From the NCBI RefSeq assembly GCF_009914755.1, contig NC_060931.1: a stretch of DNA of 64,000 nt, one strand, 5' to 3'. Positions 13,286 to 23,551 of the stretch are shown piece by piece. Made by a program: the position numbers and the translations under genes. Source of the DNA: the human T2T-CHM13v2.0 reference genome, Homo sapiens. The notes under the pieces are model-generated. The model worked only from the letters and a program-made list of their open reading frames with translations. It did no database searches and was not told the origin of the DNA. Position 1 is the stretch's first letter, and each line of letters opens with the position of its first letter.

Positions 13286-14925
13286 GAATAGTTTTCAAAA
13301 AATAATTATATTTATTTTTCCACTGCAAAATTCTTATTATAGTTATTCTTTACAAAGTACCAGAAGAATGAGAATAATCTTCCAATATGTTTTGTCCCAT
13401 GTTGATAATAAAGTAGTAATTACTTCTAATGGGCAAATCCTACTCATTCCATATTGTGTGTAATACTAGCAAACTAACATATTTAGACTCAGGATAAAGA
13501 TGAACAAAGCAATATCCTATTCTAAAAAAAAACAGTGTAATTATGCACTAAATTGTGAAACAAGGTAAAGAAATACATAGATGTTGTAAAAGAAATATTG
13601 AAATATACTAAGAAAAAAACTCTTCTTTTTCTTTCCAGAGTGAAGTAACTGGCCCTCCCATAAATTCTAGGGAACCAGGCCTCAGTGTTTATTACTGGAA
13701 ATGCACCAGCTTTGTGGAAGTTTCTGGAAAGGAATGTTGTGGAATTGGTGATTAAGTGGAATAGCTTTCTCTTCTGTCCCCTGGTTCATTGACTTGATCT
13801 AAGCCCAAGGCAAAAGTAAGAGGAGGTCTCTTATAATCTGTCAGCTTCCTTCTCACTTAGGACCTTCCTTAAGGATTAAAAACTTAACTTTTAAACCAGA
13901 GTTCCTCTTTACCTCTCTGCCAGACCCAACTACATTAAGGGATTTGACGGGTCACCAATCCAGGAGGGTTATGCATGAGACACTTGGCTTCCACCCACCT
14001 ATGGAATTTAATTTATGCCTGGTTGGTTTGATTTTTTTTTTCCCTCAATCACCCTCCTTTAACAAAGGCCAGTCAATGAGCTGAGTTTTGCTGTCTTCTG
14101 CTATTAGGACCATTTTCTTAAGGTAGCAATCCATAGACCATCACAATGAAGTGTGTTTGTGTCTATGAGTGTGTACCTGTGTGTGACATTCTTTCTTTTC
14201 TTTACAGTATTTTATGTTTAGCTTGATCTGTAATAAATTAAAGTGGTCATGCTTTTCTCTAAGGATGACCTCCTCCAGCTCCACTCAAGAAAGTCTATTT
14301 ATTGGGAAAATAGTTCCTTAACAGCAGAGAAAGACTATATCTTCTTTATCAAGTTTGTGACAAAATTATTACCAGTTTCTCTGAGGTAGGTCTCTCCCCA
14401 TGCTCATTCTTCCTACATAATCCTTTTAGATAATCTACCCAAAATATACTTTTCATTATGCCATTTCCTTATACTACAACATACAGTAGTGTTTGTATTC
14501 TGTGGAACTCTAACAGGCATTTCTCAAAGGCAAGAGTTCCATGATTTACTCTCTCTATATATATCTATATCTATATATAGTATATGCATATAGCATATGC
14601 AAATGTATATTTACTATATATATAGTGTGTATATATATATGCAGAAAGTTAAAGTCAACAAGCATCTGTAGTAAGAAGGTCTTTTTTAATTTATTCTTCA
14701 CGAATGAGCTGCATATATGGCATGTGAAGTTTATCAGAGTGACCTAAATACGGGATTGGTTTTTAACCAAGCATACCAAAGAATAGTAGTCCTGAAAAAC
14801 ATAACTCTGGAAACTAACTGATAATTGCATTACTTGCTTTCTTAATCATTTCAAACACCTCCACCTGCATTTCATGGTTCTTCACACTTTTAGACAGGTG
14901 TCTAACCATTAGTCTCATAAACTAG

Positions 14926-15229
14926 GCACATAAATGTCCAGGGGCAGGTAAAGTTACTGGAGAAGTGTGTGGTGCTCCTGGGTGTAGGAACTCCAGGGAG
15001 AATTAAAGAACTTGTTAAACAAGGTGGCCTTAATTTGAACCCCTTAAAGTTTCTGGGTTTTGACTGGAACTGGAGAGATCAGAAGTTGAGGAGAATGAGG
15101 AAAGTATTGGAACTTTTGGAAATGGGTGTGCTCAGTCTGTGCGAGTCAGAGTCCTTGAAACTGGGCCTTTTCTACGTCTGAGTCCTAATGAAGATTCCAG
15201 TTTTCACAGTAGAAGTTAAAGAAAAAAAA
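14926..15229 (+). pseudogene. CMSS1: 5'-truncated processed pseudogene of CMSS1 (C3orf26)
   Basis: Translates as ..[61 protein letters not shown], recognised as the CMSS1 C-terminus; intronless, internal deletion, short UTR remnant, then A-rich tail at 15218-15229. Confidence 0.85.
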
Positions 15230-16516
15230 TGTCTAGAAAGGAGTGATTTAGAGATCTTTCTAGGCCCATATTTTTCCCATCTTATGTTAATTGTAATTGG
15301 GTCAGTTAGAATTTGGTCTGTTAAATAAAATGGTTTAATATTTTGAACTGTCCACCTATTCTTACATACCATTTAGTAGTGGACTCAGATGCCTAAATTA
15401 TCTACCAGGTTTTTTCTGGCTCAATAATGCAACACTCCTATAGTCAGAAAACAATTATTGTAATAATTTTAATCAATGCCAGAAAATTTAATACCTGAAT
15501 ATGATGTAAATGTTTTTTATTGCATTTATGTGTTAGTTGCTTCCCTCTTTTCCACTGAGCTGTAGCTTCTTAAGGTCAGTGATCATATTTTACATCTATT
15601 CTATACTCTCCATAGCTCTCAGTCAGGGTACTAAATGATTAATGTGTCATATAGGCTGATTGTCTTATTGACCAATTACATATCAATTAAATTAAGTTGC
15701 CAGCAGTCATATTTCTGGCAACAATTATAGGACAGGATAATCTCTGAGGTTTTATATGTATTGTGAATTTATTTCCATCCTCATTTGGACACCCTAGTGA
15801 CTGAAACACAACTGACCCCCATGGACCTACAAAGACACCTCAGTCCATTCCTTATTGATGTCTCTGACTACTCCATTCTCCATTTATCACCTTTTTTTCA
15901 CTCCATTGATCTTTCCTCTTCTGTCCAATCAAATGTACAATGTTTACATACCAACCAACATGTTATCATTGCAAAACATGCAAGAATAACAGCACAAATA
16001 TAATTGACATTCTACCATGAAGTAAGGGCAAATATTGTCTTCTCTATCCTCGTAGTCAAAAGAATACTGGATTTGTTAGATTTTATCAATTATTTATTCA
16101 TTAAACCAGCATTCATGGAGAACGTAATGTGTTTTTAAATTCATGCTTTGTGTTTTTAACTTTGATAAGAATAGAAACGTGACACGATCTCTGGTGCCAA
16201 CAGGTTCATAGCCTACATCTTACTACTCAAACTTGTGTAATCAATAGAACTTCTTTAAAAAGAGATGTTTTGTCCACCTTTAGTATTGCCTGAAGTTAGT
16301 TTCATGTAACTTAAATACATCTAGACAAAGAACAAGTTATACATTCCTTATACTTATTCATTCAATACATGACCATTTATTGAGAGCTTACTATAGTTCA
16401 GTTACTGGGAGTATCACAGTGACAAGGGCAGACAAAACCCCCCCGACTTCACAAACTGTTTATTCTGGTGGGAAGAAACAGTGTGGAAACCAAAGAAACA
16501 AATATAGTTAATTATG

Positions 16517-16816
16517 TTTTTTTGAGACGGAGTCTCACTCTGTCGCCCAGTTTGGAGTGCAGCAGTGCGATCTCAGCTCACTGCAACCTCCACCTCCTGG
16601 GTTCAAGCGATTCTCCTGCCTCAGCCTCCTGAGGCAGGAAATTACAGGCATGTGCTACCATGCCTGGCTAATTTTTTTTTTTTTTTTTTTTTTTTTGGTG
16701 GAGACAGGGTTTCACCATGTTGGCCAGGCTGGTCTGGAACCCCTGACCTCAGGTGATCCACCAGCCTCGGCCTCTCAAAGTGCTAGGATTACAGGAGTGA
16801 GCCACCGCACCTGGCC
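16517..16816 (-). mobile_element. AluSx-like
   Basis: Reverse Alu with expanded central T-run; TSD-like agttaatt. Confidence 0.95.
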
Positions 16817-17445
16817 AGTTAATTCTTGTTATGTACAACAGTTGTATTCTATAAAGTTGCCACAAATGCCAAACTGACAAATACTAAATGAACCATTGCT
16901 TCTGAGGGAGATACTGGATTTGATTCCTACGACCTTCTGGTTACAACATTTTCATCAGCCTATGAATACATTATCTTATTGTATGTGTGTTTCTGTTTAA
17001 AGACACTTGATTTAATGTGTATTGTTGGTTCATTGACATTGGATCCTTAGCCAATAGCTCATGCCTGAAGGATGCTTGTTTAACACATGTATTTTTCCAG
17101 TAGGGCACATCACAGCCTTCTGGCACTTAGGAACACTAGACAGCACTTCAGCACTATGCTTGGGGCCATTCCAAACAGTGAAATCGAAAAAAAAAAATGC
17201 AAAAACCATGGCACCAAATAGGCAACAAAAAAAAGATATTTGTTTACAATATGAGAGCTGAAACAAGAAAGGAGTGTAGTCTTATTCTGTCTGAGCTGGG
17301 AACAGGTACATCAGGGGACTCAAATTTTTTGCCACTCTTTGCTTATTCATGAATGATCTAGGAATATTTATTTTGGGGTTACAAGTAAATTTCAGAAAGT
17401 AAGAGAATTTGCAACCATGGAATCCATAAAAAATGAGGACTGATT
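16817..17445. mobile_element. TcMar-Tigger family DNA transposon (MER82-like)
   Basis: ttctataaagttgcc..ggaacactagacagcacttcagcactatgcttgggg..ggaatccataaaaaatgagga. Confidence 0.65.
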
Positions 17446-18372
17446 TCATATAATAAATATTCAGATAGGAATGAATGTTGCAAAAAAAAATGAAACAGAT
17501 CTGGAGAGTGATGGGGGTTTGGAAGAACTGTTTGAGCTGGGTGACTAGGACAGTCTGCCCTGAGGAGGGGACACTTTAATAGATACGAATCTTCAAAAGT
17601 AGTTAGCCCTGTGAAGATGGAGGACAGAGGGAGCAAGTGTTAAAGTCTGTGAATCAGGAGCAAGCTTGACTTGGTTTGTGTGAGGAACAGGACAGAGGTC
17701 TTCATGCCTGCAACAACAACAACAAAAAACTGAACCGACAGAAGATGAGCTTGAAAAGCTAATCAGTGGTCAGATAATGTATGGTCTTTTTGGCCTACTA
17801 AGTGGCTTAGACTCTGTTCTAAAGGGTAATGAGAAGCCACTGAGGGTTTTAAAATATATTTGAGCTATAGCTTATTAGATAATTTTACAGCCTTCCCCCA
17901 AAGTTTACAAATCAAATTTACCCCCAAACAATAACCATTTAAGTGAATCACATTAACTTAATGTGACAAGTGGATGCTTCACTGAAACTAAAGTTCTATT
18001 CACAGTATGACTATCGGGCTGACTTCCCTGGTGCAGGTTCTTCCCAGTTCAGCCACCTTCGTGACCCTGTGTGGGTGATGGCTCCAAGAACCACCCTCCT
18101 GTGGCACAAATCCATCATTACATATTCATGGTTCCTGGATGTGGTCTCTTCCCCCAAGTCTCTCACGACTGTAGCAAAGACACTCCAGCAGGCCTGAAGT
18201 CCGACATACATGGTTATAAGGCAGCAGCAAGCAGGTGATCCCTAGCATGCTTTTTGACTCTCATCTAAAGGAAAACATAAAATAAATGTTTCCATTAGAG
18301 AACTCATAGATACCCCACAATCCCTCAAGAAGGAAACCCACAGCCCTGCAAATTGTTTGAAAACCTTGCTCT

Positions 18373-18690
18373 CACAGAGGATTATTAGGGCAGTGAAAGT
18401 ATTCTGTATGATGCTATAATGGTGGATATATGTCATGATAAATATGTCCAAACCCATAGAATGTACCATACCAAGTGTGAACCCTGATGTGAACTATGGA
18501 GTGTGGATGACAATGATGTGTCAGTGTGGATCCATCAGTTGTAACAAATGCACCACTCTGGTAGGGGATATTTACAATGGGAGAGGCTGTGCATGTGTTG
18601 GGGAAAGGAGCATATGGGAAATCTCTGTATACTTTCTATTTAATTTTGCTGGAACCTAAAACTGCTCTAAAAAATAAAGTCTAAAAAAAA
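18373..18690 (+). mobile_element. L1MC/MB 3' end with preserved TSD (aaac(c)cttgctct)
   Basis: agggcagtgaaa..ctgtatgat..caaacccatagaatgtac..aaaactgctctaaaaaataaagtc; TSD at 18360-18372 and ~18691-18703. Confidence 0.8.
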
Positions 18691-19526
18691 AAACCCTTGC
18701 TCTACATGCAAAACTCAATGACGCTTCAGTAATGAAGGAAGAGTGTATTTAAATACTATAACAGCGTAAGGCAGACACAAAGGCAGCCCCAAAATGGAAC
18801 ACCGAAAAAGAAGTCAGAAAACAATGGCTGAGGCTGGAGAAAATGAGACATCTCCCTGTGTTCTGTCAGTGTTTGAGAGGGGATTGTGGGGTGAGGGAGG
18901 ACTTTATCTGGATGGCAAGATCAGACCCTTTGCGAGGAGAGAGAATAGTACATTCTCTAAGAGCAGAAAGCAGTGTGAACAAAGGCTTGGAGACCAGAAT
19001 GCGTTCAGTGTGTGGAGGAGATGGTGAATGCAGCCGACTGGCTGGAACAGAGGGTTTTAATTAAGGAGCGAAGGGGAAAACACACTTGGAACGCCTGGTC
19101 CTGCCATTTCAGCACGAATCTGCCCAGTGGGATCAGATGGTGGTATTCATAGCCCTGGACTGTCTTGTCAAAGTGTTGGCTGTGGAATCTGTAGCATGGA
19201 GGTACTTTCTCAATGTAGCTATTTGTACTGAGCCTGTCACTAGCTCGGGAAGAGGTAAAAATTACTTGACAGTGTCTCTGGACTCTCACCCATCCAAAGC
19301 GTAAGAGAGGATGGGGAGTGTCAGAGTGGGTGGGCATTGGGGAAAGTGAGTTCTTAAGAACTGGAGCTTTCAGTGAAAGAGAATAAAGGGCATTAGGAGG
19401 CTTACCTAGAGTTGGGCGGCAGTCATGCCAGGCAAGCAGGCCCCCACAGTGGAATCTCCGAACCCTCCCACTTCCCAATAGTGAGCCGTTCACCCCCAGA
19501 GTGCTTGATTTGGTATGGAAAAAGAG

Positions 19527-19566
19527 TCTCTCTCTCTCTTCCTCTCTCTCTCTCCCTCCCTCCCTC

Positions 19567-19615
<49 letters not shown>

Positions 19616-19634
19616 AACACACACACACACACAC
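19527..19634. repeat. Compound microsatellite (TC)n/(CCCT)n/(CA)n
   Basis: Direct reading. Confidence 0.95.
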
Positions 19635-20945
19635 TCCAATTTATCAAAAATCACTTTGGAATTTAAAATCTCAGCTAATGACCTTTCTCAGAATAAAAAA
19701 GTCACATTTTCGTCAAGTTCTATGGGTTCCCTATTAAATTGCAAATGTGGACCATTTGGCATATGCAGTTCACCCATTTAAACCCATTTGACTTTGTAAG
19801 GCGGGGTGATAACATTTTGGATTTCATTTTTGTTTGTCCTATAAGAGTCTTGAGTTTTAGCCAAAAACCCAGGCCTTGGATGAATGTGCTTTAGACCTCA
19901 CTTTTTGTCACAAGGCCAAGTGGACTTGAGAGAGAGGGTGGAGCGGTCTGTTGAAACATGATTTTTAGTTTTGCCCTTCGCCTCTGGAGCCAGGGCCCTG
20001 GCCCACGTCCAGCTGCAGGAAGAGAAGATGATGGTATTTTCTAGGTAATTTTAAGGAGCACAAACCTAAAGTAAAGTCAGGTGGTTTCAAGTCTGCACTG
20101 AATTTTTCATGTTAAGGATTTATCATGATTTGGGTTTTCAGCAGAGCTGTATTTTAAATGATGAAGGGAGCTGTATTCCTGTATTCTTCCGGAGACAGAC
20201 ATGTTTTGGTTGTTTGCTAATGACCTCTGGTTTTGCTTATGGGGAGTTTTGTTAACAAATGGAAATTTAGCAAAATAGAATACTTTCCTTCTTTTGTTTT
20301 TTTCTTTTTTTTTTTCTCTCTAAACAATGGGAACCCTTGCAGTAAACTGTCAAAACCAGGCTATAGATATTTGTTACTGTAGCATCATTAATACTGTGTA
20401 AATATAAGTTAGTCGCTTCGGCAATCAGACATATTCTTCTGATCTTCTGTCTTTGCTTTTAAACAGAGCCTTTGCCTTGCTGTTTGATAGATCCTATTGT
20501 TAAGAGAACTGCAGAAATGTATTCAAAAATTCTTCAAAATTTTTCCAACCTCAGGAACCTATTCAACAGTAATTAGCCTTGAAGGCAGCTGATTAAGGAC
20601 TCTCCCAACTCACTCCCCATCTCACCCTGTAGCCACCATTTCTAAAATAAAAAGAAGTCTGCAGAGGGTGACAAAATTAAACCAAATGAAACTTTAAACT
20701 CCGGTGCAGAAGACTTCTGTCTCAGGAAAAAGTAGCTGTCTTCAAGGCAGAACTGACTGACTGGATTGAACTGAATTATAATTTCTGGTTCAAGCTGAGT
20801 TGTGTCCCTGGGGTGGTTTGACCTGTTTGTATTAGCTTTCCACTCTCCATCCATATTTGTCCCGGTGGTATCAGGAACATCACAGAACTATGAGTATGAC
20901 TTAAAGCTAAGTTGAAAAGAGGCTCTGCTGTCTTCAGAAAGGGGA

Positions 20946-20972
20946 ATATATGTGTATGTGTGTGTGTGTGTG

Positions 20973-21014
<42 letters not shown>
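20946..21014. repeat. (TG)n/(TA)n microsatellite
   Basis: Direct reading. Confidence 0.95.
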
Positions 21015-21020
<6 letters not shown>

Positions 21021-21272
21021 TTCATTACAGGCAGCCTGCCTCTTTCAATGGAGGCGCAATATAGCTGATGGTTGAGCCGTAGTCATTGATTGCAAAGGGA
21101 TGTGTTTAGGAAGGAGAAAAATAGCTGCTCAGAAATTGCCTTCTTTCTCTCTCAAATTGCACTGTTGGGGGAATTACATAAGTGCAGAATTGTGGGGAAC
21201 TGTGCGCATGTGTCTGTGCATTAGAGGCCAAGAGGAAAAAAAAAGTCTGCCTTCTCTTCTCATTTGAGAATT

Positions 21273-21670
21273 ATGTTAGTTTGTTAGGGCTGCCATAACA
21301 AACTACCACAACCTGGTTTAAACAACAGAAATGCATCCTCTCATAGTTCTGGAGGCTAGAAGTTCAAGATCAAGGTGTCATCAGGGTTGGTTTCCTCTGA
21401 AGCCTCTCGCTTTGACTTGTAGGTGGCTGCCTTCTCCCTGTGTCTTCACATGGGCTTCCCTTTGTACACGTTTGTGTCCTAATCTCCTCTTTTTATAAGA
21501 ACACCAGTCATACTGGATTACAGCCCGCCCATACAACCTCATTTAATCTTAATTATTTCTTTAAAGACCTTACCTCCACAAACAACAGTCTCATATTCCA
21601 AGGTACTGGAATTAGGACATCACCATATGAATTTGATGATGGAGAGAGAGGGTGATAATTCCACCCATAA
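21273..21670 (-). mobile_element. MLT1 (B/C-like) MaLR solo LTR
   Basis: agggctgccataacaaactaccaca..ttctggaggctagaagttcaagatcaaggtgtca. Confidence 0.85.
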
Positions 21671-22081
21671 GAGCTAAAGATATTTCATTATCACAATTGA
21701 TCCTTGGTTATGGACAAATAAAGAGTTAACCATAAGGCCTTTCACTACCGCCACCTCCTAATCCTTATATTGAAGGGCTCCAGTCTCTCCAAGGCTGAAT
21801 CCCAGAGGCAACAGAACCTTGAAGGACCCATGGATGTCGAGGGAAAGCAGCGGGAACAGTTGATGCAATGTGGTTAGCGGGAGAGGTGGCTTGGCTGATG
21901 CTGAATGCAGAGACCGTTGATCACCATCTTCAGAATACATTTACTGACTGGTGCAGGGTATTTAGTTGCCCTGTGGTGCTGGTTTGGATTCAGGCTTCTT
22001 TAGAGTCAGTGCTTGTTTCTAAGCATCATTGTTCTTCTCCAGACCAAACATATCAGAATATTTCATGGAAAGAAATATTCA

Positions 22082-22083
<2 letters not shown>

Positions 22084-22119
<36 letters not shown>

Positions 22120-22122
22120 TCT
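22084..22122. repeat. (TC)n microsatellite
   Basis: Direct reading. Confidence 0.9.
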
Positions 22123-23222
22123 CAGTGTCTCTCCAATTGAAATTTGTGTGTTTCAGGGACATACTGATGCTTTAAGTCAAAGGATAAGTTTATTTGTTTT
22201 TAATGAGATACAATTAATCAGACATTTAATTTCCATTGCTTTGTCCCTGTGATCCACAGGAAATTTGTGGCTAGATTTCCTACTATCCAACTCACTAGTG
22301 GCCTACCTTTCATTACGATTTTTCATATAGCTTTCTTGCTCAGTAGCAGTTTCCTGATCTTTTCCCGTGGTGTTCAAACATGCTGAAATCTTTGCCATGA
22401 CTGGGCAGCAAATGTGACCTTCATCAGAGGTTACATCTCAAGGTACCAAAGTGAGGGGAAAGGTTCTGAACCAAGGTAACATGCTAGAAGCACAATAGTT
22501 ATCCCAAGGAGGATGCCAAATCAAAAATCCATTTGAGAGAGTAGAGGTTTGGTCCTGGGGAGTCTAGGAAAGCCCAAGCCCAGAGCATCAGAGGAAGGCT
22601 GAAGGCTCTGTTCACAGGTGTCAGACAAAATAGGACTGAACTCAAGGCTGCGTTCATCACCTAATTACAGTCCATCTTATCTGCCTTCCATTTGCCAGAT
22701 TGTATGCCAAGTGCTTGAGACAGAAAGCAAAGTAAGAAATGGTCCAAAAAATCAAGGATGGTGTATCTAAATGGACAGTGGGTGGTCTTAAGGCAAAAAA
22801 AAAAAGGCAGCCCTAGACACACACTCATGTAGTAGTGTTATGATTTGCTTAGATATTAGTGGTTGATGATTAGATGGGTTCGATTAAAATATCTCAAACA
22901 TGGCCTAAAATTTGGGTTAGCTTGCAAACCACTTGAAGAATCAGCGTGCACCCACATGGACCATTGCCACATTTGCCAACCACCCTCAACCAACCATATT
23001 AATCTTCCAACACTTCTCAGTTTAAGACCATCAACGAATTCCTAATTGCTACATTCAATGGTTTCTTGGTATTATCCACCCCTCATTCCTGCAGCTCTCT
23101 CTAGCCCAGTTATGTTCTCCTGCTTTGTCTAGGTCCTCTCCACTGGTTCTCTCTCTTCTACTCTCTCAGCCCAAATGCTCAAAATTTCCTCCATAGTCCT
23201 CCTTCTTCTCCATCCTCCCCAC

Positions 23223-23551
23223 TCTTTTCTTTTTTTCTTTCTTTCTTTTTTTTTTTTTTTTTGAGACAGGGTCTCTCTCCGTGGCTTAGGCTGGAGTTCA
23301 GTGGCATAATCATGGCTTACTGCAGACTCTATCTCCAGGATTCAATTGATCCTCCCACCTCAGCCTTCCAAATAGCTGGGACTACAGGCATTCATCACCG
23401 TGCCTGGCTAAATTTTTGGTTTGTTTGTTTGTTTTGTACAGACAGGGTTTCGCCATGTTGCCCAGGCTGGTCTCAAACTCCTTGGCTCAAGCAATTTGCC
23501 CGCCTTGGTCTCCCAAAGCGCTGAGATTACAGGCGTGAGCCACCGCGCCGA
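23223..23551 (-). mobile_element. AluJ
   Basis: Diverged reverse Alu (gagacagggtctc, ggctcaagcaat), long T-rich tail. Confidence 0.93.

Larger units (their letters stand above)
11537..13613. repeat. Long inverted repeat: arms 11537-12063 and 13087-13613, ~1 kb L1 spacer
   Basis: Arms are reverse complements across L1 and non-L1 sequence, e.g. ggaagattattctcattcttctggtactttgtaaagaata vs tattctttacaaagtaccagaagaatgagaataatcttcc. Confidence 0.92.

Noticed and set aside
14553-14641. Quasi-palindromic TA-rich tract
   Set aside because: Low-complexity (TA)n decay; self-complementarity is expected
19005-19781. 209-aa minus-strand ORF and overlapping ORFs
   Set aside because: Driven by the TC/CA microsatellite (CVCV, ERER, HTHT runs); no recognisable domain or splice structure
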